Assembly (NCBI GenBank): GCA_023261645.1
Contig: JAHFOO010000005.1
Coordinates: 1,565 to 65,564 of the forward strand
Reading direction: 5' to 3'
Length of the DNA stretch: 64,000 nucleotides
Source: Candidatus Moraniibacteriota bacterium
GTDB lineage: Bacteria > Patescibacteriota > Minisyncoccia > Moranbacterales > UBA1568
In this document: in pieces, positions 27,008-36,428 of the stretch
How the letters are laid out: every line of letters begins with the position of its first letter
Numbering within the stretch: the stretch's first letter is position 1
The notes under the pieces: model-generated
Told to the model about the DNA's origin: nothing
The model's input: only the letters and a program-made list of their open reading frames with translations
Databases searched by the model: none
Program-made: the position numbers and the translations under genes

Positions 27008-28159
27008 TCAGATCAGAGAATGGAAAAGACTGATCGTTTCTTGCACGGTTTTTTCCCATCGGAAATTTTTCGCTCGCACTTGGCTCTTCTTACGAAGGGT
27101 ATCGGTGAGTACAGGGTCAAGCAGTGTCTGTTTCAAAGCTTGGAAAAGTTCATCGGGCTGATACGGATCGATGAGGATACCGGCATCCCCCATTATTTCC
27201 GGGAGCGATGAGGAATGAGAGGCGATAACCGGCACACCACAAGCCATCGCCTCAAGCGGTGGAAATCCGAACCCTTCGTAGAAAGATGGGTAGACGAAGA
27301 TACTGGCGAGATTGTACAAAGCAGTCTTGTCTTCATCCGCAATGAACCCGGGCAGAATGATTTTGTCTTTATACGGAGAATGAGCGATGGCTGCAAAGGT
27401 TTCTTCGTACTTCCATCCACGAGTGCCAGCAATGACAAGCGAATATTTACTCAGCGTCGGGTGACCCTGCGCCTGGAGGGCATCATAGGCAGAGATGAGA
27501 GCGGGAATATTCTTACGTGGTTCAAGTGTCGCCAAAGACAGAATGAACCTGTATGGCAGATGGTATTTTTCTTGTACTCGGATGAGGTCCGTATCATTGT
27601 GACTCATCGTATGAAACTGTTCTCCTATGCCACTATAGATGACAGTTATCTTCTCCTTCGGAACACCATAGTAATCGATGAGATCGTTTTTGGTCGATTC
27701 TGATACGGCCATCACTCTATCAGCGGACAAAACAAGCCTTTTGAAATGGATGAAAAAGTGCCAGATTCTTCTTTTGAGTGAAAAAGTGTCCGGGAAAAGT
27801 TCAAATGAGAGATCGTGAGCCGTTACCACCAGTTTCGTTTTATGTGAAACAGCAGCAAAATTCAGGTTGGGAAGAAAGAAAATATCCGTACCTCCGACGA
27901 GCGTGTCGAGTTTCGGGAAACGGAGATACCACAGCGAAAAATTGAGGAGTTTGTTCGGAAAATGAAACATCTTCACTGTGACATTCGGGTATTTCGTCGC
28001 CCAGGAGAAATCAGGAGTCTTCTTCCATGCATTGAAAAAGAGAATGTATTCATTCTCAGGACATCGCTTGAAAAGACCGGACAGGAGAGCCAATGTATAT
28101 TCTTCTACTCCGGTACGTTTCCCTTCTGCCAAACACCGTATATCAATCCCTATCCGCAT
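27008..28159 (-). CDS. glycosyltransferase family 4
   Basis: Motif EGFGFPPLEAMACGVPVIAS (GT4 E-x7-E region). Confidence 0.8.
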   Translation of the reverse strand: MRIGIDIRCLAEGKRTGVEEYTLALLSGLFKRCPENEYILFFNAWKKTPDFSWATKYPNVTVKMFHFPNKLLNFSLWYLRFPKLDTLVGGTDIFFLPNLNFAAVSHKTKLVVTAHDLSFELFPDTFSLKRRIWHFFIHFKRLVLSADRVMAVSESTKNDLIDYYGVPKEKITVIYSGIGEQFHTMSHNDTDLIRVQEKYHLPYRFILSLATLEPRKNIPALISAYDALQAQGHPTLSKYSLVIAGTRGWKYEETFAAIAHSPYKDKIILPGFIADEDKTALYNLASIFVYPSFYEGFGFPPLEAMACGVPVIASHSSSLPEIMGDAGILIDPYQPDELFQALKQTLLDPVLTDTLRKKSQVRAKNFRWEKTVQETISLFHSLI

Positions 28160-28233
28160 ATAAGTCAGTCAACAGTAAAACAATTAACAATCAACCATTA
28201 CCGAGCTTTTATCTTTTTTCCCACTGTTTCTTG

Positions 28234-28860
28234 TTATCTGTTTTGTTGTTTGTTGTCTGTAAAATAGTGTTTTACAAGAGCCACCCAAAAACCGATGAAT
28301 ACTCCTAGTAAGAGTCCGATAGTGAGAGCGAAAGGAAAGGTGACACGCACGTCGCGAATCACCGGGTCACTCCCTATCACGACGAACCAATTCGACTCCT
28401 TACTCTCTTTGTTCAGACTGTCCGTATATCGATTGAGAGTGATAATAGTCGCTTCGGAGATTTTCTGTAACACTTTTTCATCTGCATTACTATAAGTCAC
28501 TTCTATCATCTGTGAAGAGAGCCGTTTAGCTCCGAAAGTACTGCTGAGTGTTCGCGTACTCAGAGCTTTCGAATCAATGCCGACAGCAGTGTAGATATCC
28601 TCTACCACACGTGGGGAACTGAGCCAGCGTACGACCGTATCAGAAAATCGCTCATCTGCCTGCAAACGGTAAAAACCATCAAACGTATAATCTGGCGTGT
28701 TCTGAACACCAGTACGTCCGATGTTGAGGAGCAGTGTCGCCTGAAAATTTTCAGGCTGATCCTTCTGCCATACACCGGCGATAAGAACGAACAGAAAAAT
28801 GGTCATCCAAAACCATCTGATCTGTTTTTTGAAAAAAGTGATATATTCCTTGAATTCCAT
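28234..28860 (-). CDS. Wzz / polysaccharide co-polymerase-like protein (two TM helices flanking a periplasmic domain)
   Basis: An N-terminal TM (WFWMTIFLFVLIAGVW) and a C-terminal TM (FALTIGLLLGVFIGFWVALV) flank a roughly 150-aa soluble segment. It lies in a glycosyltransferase locus. Confidence 0.4.
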   Translation of the reverse strand: MEFKEYITFFKKQIRWFWMTIFLFVLIAGVWQKDQPENFQATLLLNIGRTGVQNTPDYTFDGFYRLQADERFSDTVVRWLSSPRVVEDIYTAVGIDSKALSTRTLSSTFGAKRLSSQMIEVTYSNADEKVLQKISEATIITLNRYTDSLNKESKESNWFVVIGSDPVIRDVRVTFPFALTIGLLLGVFIGFWVALVKHYFTDNKQQNR

Positions 28861-28986
28861 ACTTGATAAATATGAATTTATAATACCTAATTCCTAATAT
28901 CTAATTTCTAAACCCCGTCTGCCGAGCGAACAGGAATTTCTAATGTCACAATTTCAAAATTAATACATTGTATCATTGTTTAGAAA
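28861..28986. promoter_or_regulatory. AT-rich intergenic module of the same family as 781-857 and 51125-51232, in inverted arrangement
   Basis: AATACCTAATTCCTAATATCTAATTTCTAA at 28881-28910 and TTAGAAATTAGGAATTAGAAATT at 28964-28986 form terminal inverted repeats around a roughly 55-bp spacer. Confidence 0.4.
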
Positions 28987-30105
28987 TTAGGAATTAGAAA
29001 TTTTCTTCATTTCCAAATGCTTTTCCATAGCATTGGTTATGTAGTTCTTCATTGTAGCCTTAAATCGTTCTTTGTCAAAAGGGACGGCTTTGCTTCTGAT
29101 ATAGAGAGAGTCATAATCATCGTCACGGAAACTCTCCACGGCACGGATGATGGCCTCTGGTGTCTGCTCATCAAAAAATACTCCCATCTTTCCTTCTTCC
29201 AGATGTTCGACGATATCTCCCGCCCGATACGCGATGAGCGGTCGTCCGGATGCCATCGCCTCGATAGCCACGATGCCGAAATCTTCTTCCTGGGGGAAAA
29301 CAAATCCGCGACACTTGGCATAATACTCCGGCAGGTCTTCTTCTGGTACTCGACCGAGAAATTCTATCGTCGGACCGGCCATTTTCCGTAAACGTTCGAG
29401 TTCCGGTCCACGCCCGATGATCTTGAGCGGAAGTTTCAGACGATTGAAAGCTTCTATAGCAATGTCGTGTCGTTTGTAAGCGATAAGACGGCCGACAATG
29501 AGGAAATAATCTTCTTGTTGTTCCGAAACAAAAAAACGATCGATATTCACCGGCGGATGGATGACTTGAGCATTTTTGTGATAATATTTTTTGATACGCT
29601 TCGCGACGAAATGTGAATTCGTCAGGAAATGATCGATGCGATCCGCCGATGCTCTGTCCCAAAGACGGATCGAACTCATAAAAAACGGCACAAGTCGTTT
29701 GATGAACCGAGGAAAACCAAAGTCTTTGGTGTATTTCTGACAATCGTCCCAAGCATACCGCATCGGCGTGTGCATATAGCAGATATGGAGCGTCTCGGGA
29801 CGAGTAATGATGCCCTTGGCATAACTCGATGAATCCGACAATACGATATCATATTTGCTGAAATCAAATTGCTCGATGGCAAGAGGCATCAGCGGTGGGA
29901 AGAAACGATGACGTTTGCGCGAGAATGGCAAGTTTTGGAGAAACGATGTGTAGATTCGTTTATCTTTGAATACTCCGTGCATCGCCTCTTTATCATAAAT
30001 CAAGGTATAAATCGGCGCATACGGAAAAAGCTCGGTGAACGCTTCGAGTACACGTTCCGCTCCACCGTACTGCACCAAATAATCATGCACCAGCGCTATT
30101 TTCAT
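28987..30105 (-). CDS. glycosyltransferase family 4
   Basis: N-terminal MKIALVHDYLVQYGGAERV and C-terminal FPQEEDFGIVAIEAMASGRPLIAY. Confidence 0.8.
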   Translation of the reverse strand: MKIALVHDYLVQYGGAERVLEAFTELFPYAPIYTLIYDKEAMHGVFKDKRIYTSFLQNLPFSRKRHRFFPPLMPLAIEQFDFSKYDIVLSDSSSYAKGIITRPETLHICYMHTPMRYAWDDCQKYTKDFGFPRFIKRLVPFFMSSIRLWDRASADRIDHFLTNSHFVAKRIKKYYHKNAQVIHPPVNIDRFFVSEQQEDYFLIVGRLIAYKRHDIAIEAFNRLKLPLKIIGRGPELERLRKMAGPTIEFLGRVPEEDLPEYYAKCRGFVFPQEEDFGIVAIEAMASGRPLIAYRAGDIVEHLEEGKMGVFFDEQTPEAIIRAVESFRDDDYDSLYIRSKAVPFDKERFKATMKNYITNAMEKHLEMKKISNS

Positions 30106-30128
30106 ACTACAAGAGCGATATCGGTATC

Positions 30129-31160
30129 TTACAATCCGTGCAGAGTCCTATTTTTCAGATGTTCCTCGAAGGTTGTAGCATAAAACGTTTCTCCTGTATT
30201 GATATCGACGAGGAAATAATAGTAGGGATTGCTCTTTGGAAACAAGGCTGCATGCAAGGAGACGAGGCCCGGATTACTGATCGGTCCCGGTGGCAGACCT
30301 TTGTTCTGATACGTGTTATAAGGCGAAACTATCTCCGTGTCTTTGAGTGTCGGTTGAAGGCGTGTCGTACCAAGAATATAATTGACGGTAGCATCACTCT
30401 GAAGCGGTTGACCGAGAACGATCCGTTTCCGAAAAATATCACTGATCATATCGCGTTCCTCTTTCGTCCGACCCTCTTCTTCGATGATACTCGCGAGTGT
30501 CACCACAGAATGGATACGCTTCGGATCAAACGCCCCACCATTCTCATTTGATTGTTTGGCGATACTTTCCCATTTCTTCCCGAAATTCGTAAGCAGAGCA
30601 GTGATGATATTTTCCGCAGTCGCCTCAGGAGCGAAAAAATACGTATCAGGGAACAAGTACCCTTCAAGAGAAGTCCCGGCAGGCAAACTCGCCAAAAAAT
30701 CGAATTGTGCTCTCCATTCTGGAAGCGGTTTTTCTGCCTGTGCAAGAAATTCTTTCCCCGGCAAACCATTGGCTGTCAAACGTTCTGCCATCTTGCTCAG
30801 AGTCCAGCCTTCCGGAAAAGTGATTTTTATATCACGAGGGATCACTTTGCCTTCGGTAATCATAAAAGCGATTTCCGTAACGGTCAGACTGCCATTCAGA
30901 CTATATGTTCCGGCAACAAGAAAATGAGTCTTCCCTGTACGAGCGAGATACCACATAAAAGTGAAACGTGAAGCGATGAGACCGGAATTTTCCAAACGTT
31001 GTGACAAGCTGAAAATATTTTCCCCCTGATTCACTTCGAAACGTTGATCATCCTTTCTCGCCCCATAAGAATGCCCTTCCGAGTAAGAAAGGTAAAAAAA
31101 TGCCCCGACAGTGAGAAGCGAAAGTGTCAAAGCGATGATGAGGAATGTGCGCACACGCAA
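30129..31160 (-). CDS. mltG: endolytic murein transglycosylase MltG (YceG family)
   Basis: 343 aa with an N-terminal TM helix and a YceG-like domain (…LASIIEEEG…NTYQNKGLPPGPISNPG…). Confidence 0.8.
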   Translation of the reverse strand: MRVRTFLIIALTLSLLTVGAFFYLSYSEGHSYGARKDDQRFEVNQGENIFSLSQRLENSGLIASRFTFMWYLARTGKTHFLVAGTYSLNGSLTVTEIAFMITEGKVIPRDIKITFPEGWTLSKMAERLTANGLPGKEFLAQAEKPLPEWRAQFDFLASLPAGTSLEGYLFPDTYFFAPEATAENIITALLTNFGKKWESIAKQSNENGGAFDPKRIHSVVTLASIIEEEGRTKEERDMISDIFRKRIVLGQPLQSDATVNYILGTTRLQPTLKDTEIVSPYNTYQNKGLPPGPISNPGLVSLHAALFPKSNPYYYFLVDINTGETFYATTFEEHLKNRTLHGL

Positions 31161-31165
31161 AAGAA

Positions 31166-31792
31166 TTAAAATGACTTCTGAATAAGAGGAACGAAAGCAA
31201 ACCCAGGAAATGCTTCTTTATAAAAATCGTTTTCTCCGCGCTTCTCAAGATATACAAGATGATTGTGGATGGGAATGACTATCTTTCCTCCGATCTTCAA
31301 TTGTTTTTTGAATGCCTCAGGAACTTCGTCGGCACTGGCGGAGACAAGAATACGATCATACGGCTGTAACGGTTCATATCCTTCATTCCCATCGCCCAAA
31401 ATACACTTCACGAGACCGGAACGTACAAAATTGAATTTTTCCACATTACACTGAGTCATAGCATGCAACTCCGGAAGGATTTCAACAGCGACGACTTTGC
31501 CACTGCCACCGGTAATATGCGCCAAGAGCGCACTCGTCCATCCTGAACCGCTACCGATATCCAGTATCCGCTGTCCTGACTTGGGATCGAGCAGTTCGAA
31601 CATAATCGCAACCGTCGATGGTTGGCTGATTGTCTGTCCGAAGCCGATAGGAAGTGCTATATCCGCTCCTGCTTGTTCCTCAAACTCTGACGGCACGAAA
31701 TCCGCACGAGTGATTTCGTTGAACGCCCGGATAATCGGTTCTGACTTGAGATACCCATTGCGAGTAAGAATTTCGATAAGTCCGCTCTCCAT
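31166..31792 (-). CDS. pcm: protein-L-isoaspartate O-methyltransferase
   Basis: QTISQPSTVAIMFELL and ILDIGSGSGWTSALLA motifs. Confidence 0.85.
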   Translation of the reverse strand: MESGLIEILTRNGYLKSEPIIRAFNEITRADFVPSEFEEQAGADIALPIGFGQTISQPSTVAIMFELLDPKSGQRILDIGSGSGWTSALLAHITGGSGKVVAVEILPELHAMTQCNVEKFNFVRSGLVKCILGDGNEGYEPLQPYDRILVSASADEVPEAFKKQLKIGGKIVIPIHNHLVYLEKRGENDFYKEAFPGFAFVPLIQKSF

Positions 31793-31805
31793 AAATACTG
31801 GAAAC

Positions 31806-32285
31806 TTATAGTCCGATTACCTGAATAAAGATGTCTCGCTTACGGGAACCATCGAACTCTACGGCAAAAATACTCTGTCGCTCTGTCAGGAACAATTTTC
31901 CCTTTTCCACAGGAACGGTCTCGCTGTTGCCGAGAAGGATGGCTTTACAATGAGAATGACCATTACTCCGTCCGTCTGAAGTGGATTCACGACGAAGTTC
32001 GAAAAGGTCATGAGAATAATGATCATCGACAGGAACAGCTTTGTACAGAATACGCATAAAATCCTGGATAAGCATCGATTCGTTGTGATTGATGGCAACA
32101 CCCATAGTGGTATGTGGCACAAACACGAGCACCTGTCCTTCTCGTATGCCCGAACGATCGACGATCTCCTGCACTTGATCGGTGATATCCATAAACTCGA
32201 TTTGGGTTTTGCTTTCCAAATCAATTTTTTCTTTATGAATTTTCATTATATTTGTTTTTAATGACGAACCATAGAAATTGTCCAC
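31806..32285 (-). CDS. yjbQ: YjbQ/UPF0047 family protein
   Basis: HTTMGVAINHNES ... NGHSHCKAILLG motifs. The start is probably the internal MKIHKEK. Confidence 0.7.
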   Translation of the reverse strand: MDNFYGSSLKTNIMKIHKEKIDLESKTQIEFMDITDQVQEIVDRSGIREGQVLVFVPHTTMGVAINHNESMLIQDFMRILYKAVPVDDHYSHDLFELRRESTSDGRSNGHSHCKAILLGNSETVPVEKGKLFLTERQSIFAVEFDGSRKRDIFIQVIGL

Positions 32286-32597
32286 TTAGAGACTTTCTAT
32301 TTCATTCTTCAGTTTATCTTTTGCCTGCACACCGACAAACTCCTTGACTATCTGACCACCTTTGAATAATTTGATCGCCGGAATAGACATAATGCCATAC
32401 GTTTGTGCGATTTCAGGGTGTTCATCGACGTTCAACTTGCCGATCTTGGCCGTCGTCATTTCGACAGAGAGCTCTTCGATGACCGGACCCATCATCTGGC
32501 AAGGTCCACACCACGGTGCCCAAAAATCGACAAGAACCGTCTTGTCACTCTTCAAAACTTCTGCTTCAAAATTCTCTTTCGTAAATTCTACCGCCAT
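32286..32597 (-). CDS. trxA: thioredoxin
   Basis: WCGPC active site (FWAPWCGPCQMM). The start was reset to MAVEFTKENFE, giving 104 aa. Confidence 0.9.
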   Translation of the reverse strand: MAVEFTKENFEAEVLKSDKTVLVDFWAPWCGPCQMMGPVIEELSVEMTTAKIGKLNVDEHPEIAQTYGIMSIPAIKLFKGGQIVKEFVGVQAKDKLKNEIESL

Positions 32598-32664
32598 AGC
32601 ATTATTTGTAAAACATATTACGCTTCCATTATACCTACAATCGTCATAAAGAGCAAAATCAGAA

Positions 32665-34482
32665 TTATTTCTTGAGGACGGCGAGAAAAGCACTGCTTGG
32701 GATAGATACTTTGCCGATATCACGCATTTTTTTCTTCCCTTTCTTCTGTTTTTCAAGGAGTTTTTTCTTACGTGAAAAATCTCCACCGTAGAGACCTCCT
32801 GTCACATCCTTACGGAAGGCGGCGATAGTTTCGCGAGCGATAACCTTGCCACCGATGGCAGCCTGTATAGCCACGGCGAAATTCTGTTTCGGAATGACTT
32901 CTTTCAATTTCTCTACCACTCTCTTTCCTTCACCGTAGGCATCACGACGAGGTATCATCCGCGCAAAGGCATCGATATGCTCATTGGCGACGAGGATTTC
33001 CAATTTCACTACATCGCTTACACGATATCCTACCGGCTCATAGTTCATCGAAGCATATCCCGAAGAAGCGCTCTTCAGTTCATCATGAAAATTCACAATC
33101 ACATCCATCAGTGGTGCTTCAAAAGAAAGAAGGACTCGTTCTTCGTCGATGTATTCAGTATTCTTGTACTCCGCACGAATCGATTGGGTCAGACTGAGAA
33201 CGTTCCCGAGGTATTCGCTCGGCGTCACGATAGACAATGCGACATACGGTTCATATATCTTCTCAATACTCGTCGGATCAGGCAGGTTGGTCGGTGAATA
33301 GAGCGAGATACGCTTCGGGTCACCATGAAGCTCGATCTCATACACGACTGATGGCGTCGTGATCGTCGGACTGAGATCAAATTCACGTTCGAGCCGAGCC
33401 TGGATGATTTCCAAATGAAGCAATCCCAAGAAACCGCAGCGAAAACCTCTTCCCAATGCTTGATTGCTTTCCGGTTCGAACGTGAAAGCGGCATCATTCA
33501 GTTTCAATTTATCGAGTGCGTCTCGCATCAATGTATAATCATCACCATCAACAGGATAGAAACTCGCATATACCGCCGGTTTTATTTCTTTGTACCCAGG
33601 AAGACGTTCGACAAGGATCTTTTCCCGCTCTTTGGGTTTCCATGTCACCGTATCCCCTACTCTGCAGTGACCGACTTCTTTCAGTCCCGTGGCGATGTAG
33701 CCGATATCTCCCGCACGAAGTATGTCTGTCGGGACAAGATTGGGATGAAACAATCCAACCTCCACGGTCACTCCATCTTTTTCCGTACCGAGCATATGGA
33801 GCATATCGTCACGCTTCACGGATCCGTCAACCACCTTCACATACGCCACTACTCCTTTGTATGTATTGTAAACGGAATCGAAAATGAGGGCACGAAGGGG
33901 TTTCTCTTCATCTCCACTCGGTGCCGGGACAAGATCGATCACCCGCTCCAAAACAGCTTGCACGCCGATGCCCGTCTTGCCGGAAGCAAGGAGGATATCT
34001 TCTTCTTTACAGCCAAGAATGTGCACGATTTCTTTTTTTGTTTTCTCCACTTCTGCATTCGGTAGATCGATTTTGTTGATAACAGGAATAATTTCCAGTC
34101 CTTGCTCGACTGCAAGATACAAATTGGCGAGCGTCTGCGCCTGCACCCCTTTGGTAGCATCAACAAGCAAAACCGCCCCCTCGACAGCGGCCAATGAACG
34201 TGATACTTCATAGTGAAAGTCCACATGTCCCGGCGTATCGATCAGATTCAGATTGTACTTTACTCCCTTATAATCATAATGCATCTGCACCGGCTGAAGC
34301 TTGATCGTGATACCGCGTTCACGCTCGAGATCCATCTGATCGAGCAATTGCTCTTTCATCTTGCGTACTTCCACCGTTTTGGTCAGTTCGAGAAGACGGT
34401 CGGCAAGCGTAGACTTACCGTGATCGATGTGGGCGATAATGCAAAAATTCCGGATATTTTGTTGTCGTATATTTTCACTCAT
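32665..34482 (-). CDS. lepA: elongation factor 4 (LepA)
   Basis: G1 motif IRNFCIIAHIDHGKSTLADRLL plus the LepA-specific C-terminal domain. The start was reset to MSENIRQ. Confidence 0.95.
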   Translation of the reverse strand: MSENIRQQNIRNFCIIAHIDHGKSTLADRLLELTKTVEVRKMKEQLLDQMDLERERGITIKLQPVQMHYDYKGVKYNLNLIDTPGHVDFHYEVSRSLAAVEGAVLLVDATKGVQAQTLANLYLAVEQGLEIIPVINKIDLPNAEVEKTKKEIVHILGCKEEDILLASGKTGIGVQAVLERVIDLVPAPSGDEEKPLRALIFDSVYNTYKGVVAYVKVVDGSVKRDDMLHMLGTEKDGVTVEVGLFHPNLVPTDILRAGDIGYIATGLKEVGHCRVGDTVTWKPKEREKILVERLPGYKEIKPAVYASFYPVDGDDYTLMRDALDKLKLNDAAFTFEPESNQALGRGFRCGFLGLLHLEIIQARLEREFDLSPTITTPSVVYEIELHGDPKRISLYSPTNLPDPTSIEKIYEPYVALSIVTPSEYLGNVLSLTQSIRAEYKNTEYIDEERVLLSFEAPLMDVIVNFHDELKSASSGYASMNYEPVGYRVSDVVKLEILVANEHIDAFARMIPRRDAYGEGKRVVEKLKEVIPKQNFAVAIQAAIGGKVIARETIAAFRKDVTGGLYGGDFSRKKKLLEKQKKGKKKMRDIGKVSIPSSAFLAVLKK

Positions 34483-34703
34483 TTCGTAAGAGTAAAGCAA
34501 AAACGCCTCAAAAGCAAGCTCGATTACACAAAAAACAAGGAGGAATATTCTCCATTTAAAATTATTGGAGCTTAAGATTTTTTTGAGCATGGTTCCTGAT
34601 TCTTATCAGGATCAAGAAAATCTTATGAGAAAAATCTTCGCTGGAAGATTTTATGTATCCAATAATTTTAGAATGGATGAGTATTCCTCAATTCATACAA
34701 TTT

Positions 34704-36359
34704 TTACCAATCCCCGCGTTCCGGATGGTCTTCGGCGAGAGCGGCTGTTTCCGGCTGACGCAAAATCTTGTATAAAAGGAAACGCTTCACCATCGTGAGT
34801 TCATCCACTTTAAGCCAATGACAGATGGCGACAAATGATACACCACCTATGACCAATCCTGTCATAAGTTGTAAGAACACTTTGGCGAATGTATCCAGTT
34901 CGTTGATTGTCAGCGCAAAAATCGATTTGGAAACCTGCGCGATAAGAGCGGAACAGAGTGTAGCAAAAAGGATTTTCAGTATAGGAATGAGAAACTCTTG
35001 ATCGTTCCACGATGCCAATCTTTTACGCAAAGTGATATAGAGGAGTACGAAATTCAAGATACTGCCCACTGAAAAAGCAATAGCCAAACCGAGCACAGAG
35101 TACTTTGGCAACAAGAAAGGAATGAGAATGATTTGCACTAGTGCACTCCACAGAGCGATATAAAACGGCGTCTTGGTGTTCTGCAAAGCGAAAAATGCCC
35201 GTGCAAAGAGAGGTATCAAGCTCTGAGCGAAAAGGCTGATGGCGAGAAACTTCAAAACTTCAAAAGTGAGAATCGTATCTTCCCAGTCGAAATTCCCCGC
35301 ACCGAGAATGACACGTACGAATTGAGCGCGGAATATGATTATAAAAAGTGAGAGAGGCAGAACGAAAAAGAGAATGCGCCGTGATGTCTCTGTCAATATC
35401 ATAAAAAAATCTTCCTCTCTCTTCTTGGCTGCGAAAAAGCTGAGGGACGGAAAAACCGCTACGGAAAATGCGATGCCGAACAATCCCAGAGGTACGCTCT
35501 GTATATTGTTCGCCAAAGTGAATACCGCCAGACTCCCGGAAGCGAGAGTGGAAGCGAATACCGTCACCGCAAGGAGGCTTATCTGGTTGACTGCCAAACC
35601 GAGCGAACGAGGAATCATAAGTCTGATGACTTTACGTACGGTAGTATCTTTCCAGATGTCTATGGAATGAAGTTTGAAATGGAATCCTGATCGACGAAGT
35701 GATGGATACTGAGTCATCATATGGAGGAATGAACCAAATACGACACCCCATGCCAAACCGACCGGCCCGATGAATGGAACAAAAAAAAGTACACCACAGA
35801 TGATACCCACATTGTAGAAAATAGGAGCCAATGAATAAGCAGCGAATTGCTTGAAAGAAATGAGTACGCCTCCGAATACGGCACTGACAGCAAGAAAAAT
35901 CGGAGAGAGGAGCATCACTCTCGTGAGCGTCACAACCGTATTCATTTTTTCCGGAGAGAATCCTGGAGCGATAAGATCGGTCAGCCACGGAGCGAACACG
36001 ATACCAAGAAATGAAAGTCCTCCGAGAAAGAGAAGTAGAAGATACAATGTTCCAGACGTTAATTTCCATGCCTCTTCTTCTTTCTTCTCGGCAAGGAACT
36101 CGGTGAAAATCGGGACGAAAGCAGCACTGAGTGCTCCTAATACCAAAAGGCTATAGAGTAAGTCCGGGATACGAAAAGCGGCATAATAGGCATCAAGTGT
36201 ATCACCTGCTCCGAACTGAGAAGCGAGGATACGATCACGTAAGAATCCGAGGAAACGACTGGCTACGGAAGCAACAGCAATAAGAAGGGCGGCACTTCCG
36301 ACCGTTTTGCTCGGAGTGCTCGTCCACAAAGAGAAATTGTTGAACCATCGTTTTACCAT
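34704..36359 (-). CDS. murJ: lipid II flippase MurJ (MviN)
   Basis: 551 aa with 14 TM helices. The N-terminal FLGFLRDRILASQFGAGDTLDAYYAAFRIPDLL is the MurJ signature. Confidence 0.9.
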   Translation of the reverse strand: MVKRWFNNFSLWTSTPSKTVGSAALLIAVASVASRFLGFLRDRILASQFGAGDTLDAYYAAFRIPDLLYSLLVLGALSAAFVPIFTEFLAEKKEEEAWKLTSGTLYLLLLFLGGLSFLGIVFAPWLTDLIAPGFSPEKMNTVVTLTRVMLLSPIFLAVSAVFGGVLISFKQFAAYSLAPIFYNVGIICGVLFFVPFIGPVGLAWGVVFGSFLHMMTQYPSLRRSGFHFKLHSIDIWKDTTVRKVIRLMIPRSLGLAVNQISLLAVTVFASTLASGSLAVFTLANNIQSVPLGLFGIAFSVAVFPSLSFFAAKKREEDFFMILTETSRRILFFVLPLSLFIIIFRAQFVRVILGAGNFDWEDTILTFEVLKFLAISLFAQSLIPLFARAFFALQNTKTPFYIALWSALVQIILIPFLLPKYSVLGLAIAFSVGSILNFVLLYITLRKRLASWNDQEFLIPILKILFATLCSALIAQVSKSIFALTINELDTFAKVFLQLMTGLVIGGVSFVAICHWLKVDELTMVKRFLLYKILRQPETAALAEDHPERGDW

Positions 36360-36428
36360 ACCTTTTCAATCACTTTATTTCTGCCTATACGAAGATGGTA
36401 CGATGAAATTCGTCTCACTTACCTCCTG

